A stretch of DNA of 64,000 nucleotides from a virus. This document shows positions 10,455 to 20,633 of this stretch, piece by piece. Under the pieces are notes generated by a model that did no database searches, was not told where the DNA came from, and was given only the letters and a program-made list of their open reading frames with translations. The stretch spans positions 32,001-96,000 of IMG/VR virus record IMGVR_UViG_3300039106_000244; one strand, written 5' to 3'. The translations under genes and the position numbers were made by a program. Within the stretch, counting starts at the first letter, position 1; the number at the start of each line of letters is the position of its first letter.

Positions 10455-11302
10455 TTAATTTTTCTTCTTGTTACATTTTCTAAATGTATAATTTTAGATT
10501 CGATATCAGCGGTTGTAGGGCACATACTACAAACATTAGCAGCTTTTCCAAAATTCTCTAGAAACGTAGTAAGTTCTAATTCTGAACAGTCTGCTCCTAT
10601 TCCTGTTTGTAAATATTGTGCCCATTGCTCGCTATTAGGATTATTAAATCGTTCCAATGTTTCTGCTAATAAACCGCTTGTACTGCATTTATAAATCCGA
10701 CCATTATGCATCAATGGACACGTTTGTTGACAACAAATGTCAAATGCTTGTGCTGGGTTGTTAGTATGTGGTTGCATATTTTCATACGAACCTTTAAATG
10801 TCTTCCAGAATATGTCAGGTCGTTTAACATGAAATCGAAAGTTATTTGCTGTTTTATAACGTGCTACTCCGTATTCAGTAACAGGCTCCCAATCGTAACT
10901 ATCAAATATACGTTGTATAATTAATTCTAATTCTGGATTAGGTTGATGTACTGCAATCTTAAATACGCAGTTACCTACTTCGGCTAAATGTTTAACTATA
11001 TCAAACTTTTTATTTAATAATAATCCGTTTGTAGTAAATCGTATTTGTGAATCAGGCATTAGTTCACGTATCCCAAATATCCATTCATTTACTTCTGGGC
11101 TTATAGTAGGCTCACCCCCGAGTATTCCAAAATCAGGTATATCCACCCGTTCCAACCAGGATTCTAGCCAGGCCTTGCCCTGACGCCAAGGTACATATCC
11201 TTCGTGTTGTAAATCACTATAGTTTGTACAACCAGTGCAACTTAAATTGCACACCTGAGTAATCATTGTTTCAACAAACGGAAGTGTTGGCTTTACATCC
11301 AT
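10451..11302 (-). CDS. Radical SAM protein with C-terminal Cys cluster
   Basis: CNLSCTGC, GGEP, TTNG; C-terminal CC..CP..YKC..CSMCP. Confidence 0.88.
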   Translation of the reverse strand: MDVKPTLPFVETMITQVCNLSCTGCTNYSDLQHEGYVPWRQGKAWLESWLERVDIPDFGILGGEPTISPEVNEWIFGIRELMPDSQIRFTTNGLLLNKKFDIVKHLAEVGNCVFKIAVHQPNPELELIIQRIFDSYDWEPVTEYGVARYKTANNFRFHVKRPDIFWKTFKGSYENMQPHTNNPAQAFDICCQQTCPLMHNGRIYKCSTSGLLAETLERFNNPNSEQWAQYLQTGIGADCSELELTTFLENFGKAANVCSMCPTTADIESKIIHLENVTRRKIK

Positions 11303-12027
11303 CCTAATTCCTTAACTAACGGATGGAGTATTTTATTGTACCAATTAGCATTACCTTCTGCTGCATGATGGCCAAACCAGCCAGACCCTTTTTCCCAATC
11401 CTCAGCGGCCGGTCTGATATTATCTGCTTCGTTAACTGAATGACATGTATTATCAAATATAATGCATTCTTTGAGAGATTTTATCTTTAGCATTATGTTT
11501 TTACTCACTGGCCAGTCCGGCTCATACCTGATGGGAATAGTTAAATTAACAATTACAAATTTTGCCGAATGGGCCTTTAATAAATTGTATATTAATAATA
11601 TCTTATCACATGTTATTGTTTCTTGCCAGCTGTGATAATAATTTGCCATAAAATATTTTTCTTGTGCAAATATCTCATGAAAATCAAATTGTTGGGTTCC
11701 GCCCACTGATTCTGTATTATACTTCTGCTGTTGAAAGTTTTGATTAAATGTTGAATACGGCCATTGTGTTAATCTATTAGATTCTCTATAGATAGCTAGT
11801 CTTGCAACTGGAGGAATACCAATAACATAATATCCTTGAGAAAAATCAAATGATTCATTACATATTATATGTATAATCTGATCTAGACTAAATCCACTGT
11901 GACTGTAATTAACTATATTATCTACTTTCAAATCTCTGGCTAGCAATCCCCAGAAACTATCTGCAGGTGCTACACAGAAGTTAGGAGTAGAAAACGAATC
12001 TCCAAAAACATATAATGTTTTATTCAT
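11293..12027 (-). CDS. SGNH/GDSL-like hydrolase or acyltransferase
   Basis: N-terminal VFGDSFS block I; C-terminal GHH..EGN catalytic His region. Confidence 0.65.
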   Translation of the reverse strand: MNKTLYVFGDSFSTPNFCVAPADSFWGLLARDLKVDNIVNYSHSGFSLDQIIHIICNESFDFSQGYYVIGIPPVARLAIYRESNRLTQWPYSTFNQNFQQQKYNTESVGGTQQFDFHEIFAQEKYFMANYYHSWQETITCDKILLIYNLLKAHSAKFVIVNLTIPIRYEPDWPVSKNIMLKIKSLKECIIFDNTCHSVNEADNIRPAAEDWEKGSGWFGHHAAEGNANWYNKILHPLVKELGWM

Positions 12028-12991
12028 GTATTCTTGTAATATCCGATGTGAATTGTTGATTGATTAATAATTGATAATTGTGTTCAATAGTTGCTTGTAG
12101 TTTATTATTTAACTCATCTAATTGTTGTAGAGATAGATTTGATAATTGATCAATCAGCGATAGTATTGAAAAATATCTATTCTTTCCGGTTAAATCATCA
12201 TATGATTCACTCCAGCAATCTGCAAATGTCTTAAATCCCATTTGTTGTAAGTATCTTAGGTAGAATAACGGAGCCATTACAATAAATGGTTTACGACACA
12301 ATATAGCCCGGGCTATTTTTTCTGTAGGATAAAAACTGTTGCCGTTAACGTTAGGTTCGACTACTAGGTCGACAAATATATCCTTGTAAAGATAATTTAT
12401 CTCGTTGTTATAATCATATCTGCGTAAATTATGATTATGTGCAAAATCTGTGGCCTGATATTGATTGATATTAGTTAATAATGCAATGACCTTAGGCATA
12501 ATTTCCGGATGCCATCCATATAATTTTTGTAACTCAAAATTCTTACGATTATCTTCTTGTGTATTGTTAAAGCGTACCTTGATAACTGCTTGTGCCGGGT
12601 TTACGTAACTAGCAATGCCCAATCTGCTAGCACTCGGTCTGCCATAAAAACACCCAAATATTTTTTGTTTTGTCCATGAATAATCATATGCATGATCAAA
12701 TGTAGAAAGATCCCATCGGAGCCAATGGTTCCAATCGTATGGTTCTTGAATACTATATCGATGATGGTGTTCTACGATATTAGCAGTTAAAATAGTAACA
12801 GACGTAAATGTAAATAAATCAAGGATATCATATACTCCACAAAATCGTAAACAGTGAGATTCTTGATTTACAACTAATTTAATATCTGTATGTTCATTTT
12901 CTTTGCAGAATCTAACAAATGGTATTATATTATCTAATTGATCATTTTCTAACTGCAATGTATATGTATTCATTATTTGCAGAATTCCCAA
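12020..12991 (-). CDS. Putative glycosyltransferase (GT10-like C-terminal motif)
   Basis: DLVVEP..PTEK..KPFI..LQQMGFKTF..WSESYD; probable start at MNTY. Confidence 0.55.
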   Translation of the reverse strand: MGILQIMNTYTLQLENDQLDNIIPFVRFCKENEHTDIKLVVNQESHCLRFCGVYDILDLFTFTSVTILTANIVEHHHRYSIQEPYDWNHWLRWDLSTFDHAYDYSWTKQKIFGCFYGRPSASRLGIASYVNPAQAVIKVRFNNTQEDNRKNFELQKLYGWHPEIMPKVIALLTNINQYQATDFAHNHNLRRYDYNNEINYLYKDIFVDLVVEPNVNGNSFYPTEKIARAILCRKPFIVMAPLFYLRYLQQMGFKTFADCWSESYDDLTGKNRYFSILSLIDQLSNLSLQQLDELNNKLQATIEHNYQLLINQQFTSDITRIHE

Positions 12992-13731
12992 TTATACGTA
13001 TCTTGATAGGCCCAATGTAATTTTCTCCAACAATTTAATATTGTAATAGCTGTTTGGTCAAGTCGTATTCCAAATATACTCATTAATTTTTCTATTATTA
13101 AATTAGGATCTGCTGTTATTAACTCCTCAATTGATAACACCGGAATATGTTTATTAACTTCTAAAAATTGTTTTTGCTGTCTCTCGAGTATTTCTCTCAT
13201 GTTAATAGTATTCATTTTGAAATATTCGTGTTGTCCATTTTCTGATATAAATTGTGTTACTTGTTCTTCTTTATTATCATTAAATGAAAAATCCATCATT
13301 GCTTTATTATTGCCATCTACACATTTAAAATGCAATGCTCTAACTTGCCATTCTAATCCTTGAGCTGTCAATGGTGTAATATACAACATGGTTGTATCTT
13401 TAAAAAAATTATCAAATTCAGAATTTATATCCCATAGTAGAGAATGGTTTAATATTACTATTGGACTTGTAATTTTATAACGAGATTGTTTATATGTATT
13501 GTAATCAAGTGCAAGCGTGGAATCTACACCCGATATAGGATTAATAAAATCTAAGTTCCGTTCAGTGACCCACCAGCCCGATAATGAGTCAGTGGCATAT
13601 TGTGCTAAAATTGTATCGTATCTATCGCAAGATTGCTCGGGCCAATATACATCTTTACTAGTTAATAGAAGATTTCTTACTAAGTTTCCGGCGGCGCCAA
13701 CATTAGCAATTAAGAATAAATCTTTAATCAT
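12973..13731 (-). CDS. Hypothetical protein, possibly sulfotransferase/P-loop-like
   Basis: N-terminal beta strand followed by GAAGNLVRNLL, resembling a PAPS-binding loop; weak evidence. Confidence 0.4.
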   Translation of the reverse strand: MIKDLFLIANVGAAGNLVRNLLLTSKDVYWPEQSCDRYDTILAQYATDSLSGWWVTERNLDFINPISGVDSTLALDYNTYKQSRYKITSPIVILNHSLLWDINSEFDNFFKDTTMLYITPLTAQGLEWQVRALHFKCVDGNNKAMMDFSFNDNKEEQVTQFISENGQHEYFKMNTINMREILERQQKQFLEVNKHIPVLSIEELITADPNLIIEKLMSIFGIRLDQTAITILNCWRKLHWAYQDTYNWEFCK

Positions 13732-14624
13732 TCTCTAGCCATTATGCCTCTATTTTTAAATACGCTTTTATAATGGTGCTTAAAGAATCTACTTTGGTCT
13801 GCTGTAAGATGCGGAGCGGCTAATCCTAATTTTACATTTAAGGTATGTGACATTTCATTACATTCTTCTACTAGATTATACACCTTATGTTGATGCCAAA
13901 TATTATTCAGTGCATCAAAGTCCTGCACTTCTCTATAATCCCAATCTGTAATCATGGTCATGTATGTACCAAGTTTTGCACCGTACATTGCCCAATCACC
14001 ATGCTCTACATCCATGCCTACGTTGTGCCATATACTTAAATGATCATAGTTGCGAGCATGTACACGTTGTTCAAACTCTTGTAGGCTCGGTTTTGTACCA
14101 CGATCTAAACACATTTTAACACCTTCTCTAAAGCCTGCTCGCCATGCCTGATATGGAGATTGATTTGGGTATGTTGTGCTATAGCAATCATTCATTGCCC
14201 AATAGTTAGGATGAAAACAAAACTCAACCGCTGTATCATCTGCACCATCACTTGCCTCATGTGTACGCATGTTGTTAACAAAGTCTTTGGTCCAACAACT
14301 CATGCCACCGTTGCCATACATAAGTCCGTTGATGTGATTACGTGCTTTCCATCGAAATACTACATCTTTATTAGTATCATCTAATGTAAGTTGTAGGTTG
14401 AAAAATTCTGGGTCAGGTAAGTTATCACCGTCAATTAGTACAAAGCGTTCTGTATCACTTGCGGCTGCGGCTGCTTTATGTGCGGCATCACTGCCTTTAA
14501 CTCCATCTACACGTTTGGCCCACGGAACCATATTTTGAATCTTAATCCAAAACTCTTCTTTTTTGGGTTCATCGTAACTTAGGTAAATGCAATCTAAGTC
14601 TGCAATATCAACGATTTGTGTCAT
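13728..14624 (-). CDS. Putative GT-A fold glycosyltransferase
   Basis: YLSYDEP, VDGVKGSDAAHKAAA, FVLIDGDN (DxD), YGNGG, AWRAGFREGVK. Confidence 0.6.
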   Translation of the reverse strand: MTQIVDIADLDCIYLSYDEPKKEEFWIKIQNMVPWAKRVDGVKGSDAAHKAAAAASDTERFVLIDGDNLPDPEFFNLQLTLDDTNKDVVFRWKARNHINGLMYGNGGMSCWTKDFVNNMRTHEASDGADDTAVEFCFHPNYWAMNDCYSTTYPNQSPYQAWRAGFREGVKMCLDRGTKPSLQEFEQRVHARNYDHLSIWHNVGMDVEHGDWAMYGAKLGTYMTMITDWDYREVQDFDALNNIWHQHKVYNLVEECNEMSHTLNVKLGLAAPHLTADQSRFFKHHYKSVFKNRGIMARE

Positions 14625-14964
14625 AGTATTCTATATCCTGATAGGTGTCAGTTGGTTCTAATATTAATCCTGCATGGTTCTTTACTGTGGCATAACCCTC
14701 AGAGCTACTTACTAATTGTATACGATACCCAGGATTGTTGTCAATCTTTTTCAGTTTACCATCTACAATTGTATAGCGGAAGTAGTTGTTATATTCATCT
14801 TTGCTAACAATAATATACATTGTATCTGTTGGGTGATTTATCATTGTACACATTGTAATGATTCCATCTTCGGTATAATGTAATCTATATTCTTTAACTT
14901 CTTCAACCGCAGGTTTAAGCATTGCTAATGCTTTTTCAAATTCACTTAAGGAGTTCATGTTCAT
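14608..14964 (-). CDS. Hypothetical protein
   Basis: 118-aa ORF overlapping both neighbours in the operon. Confidence 0.7.
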   Translation of the reverse strand: MNMNSLSEFEKALAMLKPAVEEVKEYRLHYTEDGIITMCTMINHPTDTMYIIVSKDEYNNYFRYTIVDGKLKKIDNNPGYRIQLVSSSEGYATVKNHAGLILEPTDTYQDIEYYDTNR

Positions 14965-15796
14965 ACTCCTTAACTAATTCATCTGTAACCCAAGACTTTT
15001 CATGATAGTGAATAGGGTGATATTGATTTGTATTTGCTATACGTATCATTGGCAAATCTGTTTCACACACAACTAACTCGGGCCATGGCGTACTAGTCCA
15101 CGAGTTAATTGCAGGCTTCATGTGTACAAAGTTAATAAAGTCCATCGGCAATGTACAATCTTCTATGCCAAGTAACTTTGCAGTTAACGCATAAACAACA
15201 TCAGTGGTTGGATTGTCATCTCGGCAGTTAAGCAATACATTATCACGTAGATGTGCCCAATTTTTAAATATTTGTTCTGCTAGTGTAAAGAACTGTGTCG
15301 CTTCTCTTGTATATCTAAAATACATTAGTCCGCTGTAGGTGTCAGGTAATTCATTGTCATCGAACAACTTTCTATATTCACGCGATGCACTTAATTCTTG
15401 CTTATAATTTCTACAGCCCGAGCTTAATACAACATTCTTTAATCTAAAAGTAGTCCACCAATGTGCAATACTTCTTGTAAACACAATATCGCTTTCAAGT
15501 TTAATTGTTTCTTTGAATGGAGTAAGATAAAATACCTGCCACTCGTTACTTAACTTCCAAGTTTCAACTTGTGCTAAGTCATTCTCAATTGTAATTACAT
15601 AATCAAATACTTTGCGGTGCTGTTCTGTTACTTGCTCTAATGTATTCTTATCAACTGCTACTGCATATAAACTGCCAGGCATTGTTAATTTAATGCTCAT
15701 TGCCTGTACGTAAGCAAGACGCAAATAATCAACATCTGCTGTGTTTTGTGCAATAGTCATAAAACCTTGCTGTGCTTGATGTGGAGTTATGCGCAT
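14942..15796 (-). CDS. Putative GT-A (GT8-like) glycosyltransferase
   Basis: DYLRLAY..AMSIK, TPFKETIKLESDIVF (variant DxD), FVHMKP, HYH. Confidence 0.6.
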   Translation of the reverse strand: MRITPHQAQQGFMTIAQNTADVDYLRLAYVQAMSIKLTMPGSLYAVAVDKNTLEQVTEQHRKVFDYVITIENDLAQVETWKLSNEWQVFYLTPFKETIKLESDIVFTRSIAHWWTTFRLKNVVLSSGCRNYKQELSASREYRKLFDDNELPDTYSGLMYFRYTREATQFFTLAEQIFKNWAHLRDNVLLNCRDDNPTTDVVYALTAKLLGIEDCTLPMDFINFVHMKPAINSWTSTPWPELVVCETDLPMIRIANTNQYHPIHYHEKSWVTDELVKEYEHELLK

Positions 15797-16563
15797 ATTG
15801 TATCTACTAGTTTATCAAATTCTGCACTTAATAAGTAATCTTTATCCATTATGTGTACGTTTTGCTTGGCAACGACATGTGCTATATTTTCTTCACGTAC
15901 AACCATCTTTTCACCTGTTATTTCGATGTTTTTAACTAGTTTATCTATAGTTAGCATAGTGAAAGGGATACTTTGCGATAGGTCAGTTGTGTAACCACTA
16001 ATAATGTTATTAGCAATTGCAAATGCGTAATCGTTGCGGAAATTATTTTCTCTTAATTGATACAACTTTTGATAGTAAGCATAGTTGCGTTCAATTCTGC
16101 CCACTAAGTCAAATAATGCTTTTGTTTTATCTGTGCGTTTAAAGGTTATAGCAGTTGCCCATACATAATCTAAACTTAGTTGCCCCATATTACCCGACAT
16201 TGATTGTGTAGGACTTTGATTGTGATGCATTAATCTATAATCAATAGTTGTATTAAGTATGTTTAATAAACTTGTATCAAACTGTAAGTAATCACTGTCA
16301 AGTAATATAGTTTCATCATATGGGCTAAGTTCATAAGCACGATATCTACCACCATTCTTCCATTGTGTGCCGCTGGCATAACCAGTTCGATGGTTGTCTG
16401 CGGAATCTACGCCAGTGTTGGTTATAATTGTAGTGGGTAGATTTAATGTATGCTTTATTAGTCGTGCGGCTTGCTCAGCGATTTTAACGTAATCAACTGT
16501 ATCTGTATTGACTGCAAATAGTATTACGCCCTTAGACTTTTCTTGCACGTTTAATTTCTTCAA
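15787..16563 (-). CDS. Putative GT-A (GT8-like) glycosyltransferase, paralog of 14942-15796
   Basis: YELSPYDETILLDSDYL (DxD), FRNDYAFAIA, VHIMDK. Confidence 0.6.
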   Translation of the reverse strand: MKKLNVQEKSKGVILFAVNTDTVDYVKIAEQAARLIKHTLNLPTTIITNTGVDSADNHRTGYASGTQWKNGGRYRAYELSPYDETILLDSDYLQFDTSLLNILNTTIDYRLMHHNQSPTQSMSGNMGQLSLDYVWATAITFKRTDKTKALFDLVGRIERNYAYYQKLYQLRENNFRNDYAFAIANNIISGYTTDLSQSIPFTMLTIDKLVKNIEITGEKMVVREENIAHVVAKQNVHIMDKDYLLSAEFDKLVDTICA

Positions 16564-16849
16564 ATTGAATATGCCATGCGTTCATGGCCAGTTGATAATG
16601 TTGTGTGGCTAACTCTAACATTGCTATCCTATTAACTTTAATTGGATTTTGATAAGTATCTTCTATAACCATTTCGTACAAGTCATATAAGTTTAGAAAC
16701 GCTATTAGCTCAGGCGTAGCTTTAAATAGCCCGCCACTAAGTGTAAAATGCAAATCACTTTGTATTTTTTCTCTGAGTATGCGTTTGTTTGTTTGATAAT
16801 CTGTCGCTTGTTTAATTTGAGCAACTAGTTGATTGATTTCTGTTGTCAT
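16532..16849 (-). CDS. Hypothetical protein, first gene of the enzyme operon
   Basis: 105-aa ORF immediately downstream of the promoter/terminator module. Confidence 0.7.
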   Translation of the reverse strand: MTTEINQLVAQIKQATDYQTNKRILREKIQSDLHFTLSGGLFKATPELIAFLNLYDLYEMVIEDTYQNPIKVNRIAMLELATQHYQLAMNAWHIQFEEIKRARKV

Positions 16850-16864
16850 AATAGTAATTAGCCA

Positions 16865-16896
16865 TAAAAATAGGTAAGTGTAAATAACTTACCTAT
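16865..16896 (-). terminator. Intrinsic terminator ending the tail-fibre transcript
   Basis: Perfect 10-bp inverted repeat ATAGGTAAGT/ACTTACCTAT (16870-16896) followed by a T run on the minus strand. Confidence 0.7.
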
Positions 16897-16925
16897 ATTA
16901 TATTACATTTATATTAATATGTCAA
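16897..16925 (-). promoter_or_regulatory. Consensus sigma70 promoter TTGACA-N17-TATAAT driving the enzyme operon
   Basis: Minus strand reads TTGACA TATTAATATAAATGTAA TATAAT. Confidence 0.8.
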
Positions 16926-17888
16926 CTATGCAATAGTTGGCGTACCCCACGAATTAGTTGTAAGATATGTCGATTCCGGGAATACAATATCAATACGGTG
17001 GTTAACTGTTACATTTAATGCGCTATCAAACGCACTATGCCCTGGTGAATCTAAATACATCGAAAATACGATTTGTAAGCCGTGGTCTCCATTCCCCGAT
17101 ACATTTTGCGCACTAGTAAACATACGAAGATAAAAATTATCAGTTGTGTAACTAGCAGTGGTACTAGTAATTTGAAAATGGTTAGTAGTAAGAGATGCTG
17201 GTAATTGTCTATATCCTGCAGCAGTATTATTAGTAACCAATGTACCGCCAGTGCCGGTTCGACCACCATTGCTATTATTTCTAAAAGCAGTTAGCCCGCC
17301 AAAGTTTGTAGCCATTAATGTAACAGCATCGCCACTACGTGCTGTGCCATTATTATTAGTAACACTAGAAATTACTAAATTTATTTGTCCGCCGGCATTA
17401 AAGAAATAACGTGCGGCATCACCACTGGCAAAAGAAACTGTACGCTGAACAAAGTCTGCAGCATACGCAACACCTGCAGCAGCTGTTATACCTGTTGCAA
17501 AATTAGCACCTGTTAGCGTCGAACCTTGTGCTGCAAATGATGCTAAGTTTGTATTGATTGTTGTTACTGCGGTATTGACATTAGCAAAATATGTAATAGT
17601 TTGCCCAGCGGTATAGTTGCCACTCAATACCGCACCAGCACCACTTTGATGACCTAATGCGCCATTAAGTAATGTTAGTAGACCACTCCATTGTGTCGCT
17701 GTTACTAGTGCAGAGCTTGCAACTGTATTAATTGCAGTAATAGTTTGTCCGTATCCTGCAGCGTCAGTGCCAACTCCCATAACATACGCAATGTTTTTAG
17801 TAACACTGGTGTAGGTACCTTGTGTTCCACCCCACGCCAATGCGTTATAGTCTGTTGCTGAAATTAGGCCGCCTGATGCGTATGACAT
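16926..17888 (-). CDS. Virion structural protein (tail fibre/baseplate-associated)
   Basis: MSYASGGLISATDYN start; T/S/G/A-rich; ARYFFNAGG motif; located in the tail gene cluster. Confidence 0.6.
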   Translation of the reverse strand: MSYASGGLISATDYNALAWGGTQGTYTSVTKNIAYVMGVGTDAAGYGQTITAINTVASSALVTATQWSGLLTLLNGALGHQSGAGAVLSGNYTAGQTITYFANVNTAVTTINTNLASFAAQGSTLTGANFATGITAAAGVAYAADFVQRTVSFASGDAARYFFNAGGQINLVISSVTNNNGTARSGDAVTLMATNFGGLTAFRNNSNGGRTGTGGTLVTNNTAAGYRQLPASLTTNHFQITSTTASYTTDNFYLRMFTSAQNVSGNGDHGLQIVFSMYLDSPGHSAFDSALNVTVNHRIDIVFPESTYLTTNSWGTPTIA

Positions 17889-17972
17889 ATTACTTCGATT
17901 TCCTTTATAATTTGATTAGGTGATACCAGTAATATATTTAGTCTGGTCCATCTAACGAAGATTATTTATATA

Positions 17973-19214
17973 CTAGTTTAATGCCACCCAGGCAGCACCA
18001 GTATATCCATAAAATGTAGTACCAGCAGTTACAAATACTTGCATACCTGCGGCTGGCGAAGTTATTGCAGCGTCACGTGCTGATGTTGTTGCATATACCG
18101 CATTTTTTACATATCCACTAATAGTTACATTAGTTGCAGTAACATTACCTGTAACATTACCTGTAACATTTCCCCAAAGTGTAGTAGCATATACATTAGC
18201 AAATTTAGTGGCATTTGCACCGATATCTATTGTATTGTTTGCATTTGGCAATAGTGTATTTGATGCAACTATAACACCTTGAGTTAACGTATAACCAGTT
18301 ATAGTTACGTTACCGGTGATACTTGCAGTACCTTGTCCAATAAAATTGCCAGATACTGTAACTGCTCCTGTTGTACCATTGATACCGAGTGCTTTTGTAC
18401 TTACTCCGCCTTTATTAACCCATAAATTCATATCACTATTGTTAGTACTATTTGTTAGACTAACAGAACCACTTGCAGATGCAATAGTTAAATCAGTGCC
18501 AACTACTATGCCGCCGCCGGCTGTAATGCGATATGCAGTACTTACATTCTGATCGCTACGTAAATACGATGAAATATTGTTTAGGGTTAATGAGCTACTA
18601 GCATTACCTGTAAATTGTGCACCTGGTACAGCAAGTTCTGCGGCTAAATTTAAGCCAGGTTTAACTGTTGCAAATCCTAAAATTGATGTTTGTGGAGTAA
18701 ATGTAGCATCTTTGCTTAGAATAGCAATTACGCTATTTGAAATATAGAATTTAACAATAACATGACTAATTGAGCTACTATCTAAAATAGTTTCAACTAT
18801 AGCACCAGATGTTCCAGATGCCGATGTATACGTTGGGCCAATGGTTATCCATGCACTTCCACTCCATATCTTAAGTTGCGCATTGTTAGTGTCCCACCAT
18901 AAATCTCCTGTAACAGGACCAACCGGTGAACTACTAGCCGAGGTAGAACTGCTGATAGGTTTCCATATACTGCCATTATAAATTTTTAATACACTATTTG
19001 TACTATCATACCATAATTGCCCAGTTAGCGCAGGCGACGGAGATGCTGTATTAGAAAAATTTTCTAATAATTTAATATAATTTTCATTTAGAAAAATGCC
19101 ATATCCGGCATAGTTTTTACCAATTAGAGTTAAACTAGTAGCCGAAGAATTAATTGTACCATCTACAATAGTTGCAATTGTTACTCCGGCTGTTGTGGTT
19201 ACGTTATATGACAT
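17973..19214 (-). CDS. Tail fibre-like structural protein
   Basis: N-terminus LTLIGKNYAGYG..LLENF..GQLWYD shared with 19247-20620; GNVT repeats. Confidence 0.65.
   Translation of the reverse strand: MSYNVTTTAGVTIATIVDGTINSSATSLTLIGKNYAGYGIFLNENYIKLLENFSNTASPSPALTGQLWYDSTNSVLKIYNGSIWKPISSSTSASSSPVGPVTGDLWWDTNNAQLKIWSGSAWITIGPTYTSASGTSGAIVETILDSSSISHVIVKFYISNSVIAILSKDATFTPQTSILGFATVKPGLNLAAELAVPGAQFTGNASSSLTLNNISSYLRSDQNVSTAYRITAGGGIVVGTDLTIASASGSVSLTNSTNNSDMNLWVNKGGVSTKALGINGTTGAVTVSGNFIGQGTASITGNVTITGYTLTQGVIVASNTLLPNANNTIDIGANATKFANVYATTLWGNVTGNVTGNVTATNVTISGYVKNAVYATTSARDAAITSPAAGMQVFVTAGTTFYGYTGAAWVALN
18139..18170. repeat. 12-bp tandem repeat encoding GNVT
   Basis: gtaacattacct gtaacattacct gtaacatt. 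Confidence 0.8.
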
Positions 19215-19246
19215 TATTTTTACCTATTATGTATTATTTATCTGTG

Positions 19247-20620
19247 TTAAGCGGTGTATTGGAACCAAAAATCGCCATCGTGCGATCCAGAATCATTAAC
19301 TCCTGGATCTGGTGCAGATGTACTTACAAATTTAGCACTGCCACCCCACCATTGTCCTGCTGTTGATACATATTCTGTTGTTGCAATTGCAGCATTACCT
19401 GCACTTTGATATGTTTGTGGTTGTGTTATTGCAACTGCGCCATTTTTTAAATTTAAACCAGTAGCACTTGCAGTCAGTACACTAGTACCATCAATTACTA
19501 AATTGGCACTACCTGTACCTACATCAAGAATTTCTAAATAACTATTTCCTTGATATATTTTATTTTGCAAGAATCCAGCATTATTAACAACGAATTCTGT
19601 TGTAGCAATTTGTGTTGTTGCTGTACCAGCAATTGCTGTAGCGGCTGTTGGAACTCCGCCTAATACTGGAGAAGTAGCAAAACTATCATCTACATAATTT
19701 TTTGTAGCAATACCTAACGTCGTTGTTGGGTCATTATTAACTTCAATTACCCCAGCAGTTGCATCGATATGCAAATATTGTATACTATTTGTAATTAAAC
19801 TGATATTACCATTGGTAGAATTATTTGTTATAGTTGCATCGGCTCCGGTTACCGCCAATGATAAGTCTAACCCAGCACCTATTGTAATTCCACTATCGTT
19901 TGCAATACGTAAGTTACCAGTACCGGTATTGTTAATATCTGTACGGAAATAATTACTAGCAATAATGCCGCCTAAATAACTAGCATTATTTGCAGTGCCC
20001 CAGAAAGTTTCACTACTATGTAAATTGTGGCCAGTTTTAATAGTTGTGAACCCGGTAATTGCAACTAACGGAGTAAACTCGCTATCTTGATTAATAATTG
20101 CGGTACGTGTACCATCGATATACAATGATACAACATTATGAGTTACTGCAACTGTATCCACAATTTGTTCCCAAATTGCGCCACCTTTGCCATGTACTTT
20201 GCTCCATACAGGGCCAACTAATTTCCATCCTGAAGCAGTATACGGGGTTGTTCCATCATAAACGTATAATTGTTCAGCATAAGTATCCCACCAAATGTCG
20301 CCAGAGACAACTGTCGATGGCGCACCAAGTGTACTACTATTTTGTGCTGTTGCACTGCTAATAATTTTAAAATATGTGCCAGTATAAACTTTTAATAATT
20401 TAGCTGCTGTATCCCACCAAAGTTGCCCTGGCAATGGATTGCTTGGTTCAATATCGTATGCAAAATTTTCAACTAGTGCTACTAAATTATCAGTCATTAT
20501 CTGACCATAGTTAGCATAGTTACGACCAACTAATGTTAAACTAGTCTGAGACGTATCCACTGTACCATCTAAAATAGTACCAAGTGTTGTTCCGTTTGTT
20601 TTTCTTATTATATACGACAT
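19247..20620 (-). CDS. Tail fibre-like structural protein
   Basis: LTLVGRNYANYG..LVENF..GQLWWD; ATKNYVD and IATTEFV fibre repeats; GDFWFQY end. Confidence 0.65.
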   Translation of the reverse strand: MSYIIRKTNGTTLGTILDGTVDTSQTSLTLVGRNYANYGQIMTDNLVALVENFAYDIEPSNPLPGQLWWDTAAKLLKVYTGTYFKIISSATAQNSSTLGAPSTVVSGDIWWDTYAEQLYVYDGTTPYTASGWKLVGPVWSKVHGKGGAIWEQIVDTVAVTHNVVSLYIDGTRTAIINQDSEFTPLVAITGFTTIKTGHNLHSSETFWGTANNASYLGGIIASNYFRTDINNTGTGNLRIANDSGITIGAGLDLSLAVTGADATITNNSTNGNISLITNSIQYLHIDATAGVIEVNNDPTTTLGIATKNYVDDSFATSPVLGGVPTAATAIAGTATTQIATTEFVVNNAGFLQNKIYQGNSYLEILDVGTGSANLVIDGTSVLTASATGLNLKNGAVAITQPQTYQSAGNAAIATTEYVSTAGQWWGGSAKFVSTSAPDPGVNDSGSHDGDFWFQYTA

Positions 20621-20633
20621 TTTATTATCCTAG

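Noticed and set aside
993-11302. Radical SAM genes as pyrrolysine biosynthesis (PylB) to match the CUA tRNA
   Set aside because: The architectures are twitch/SPASM-like rather than BioB/PylB-like, and no PylC, PylD or PylS is recognisable in the window.
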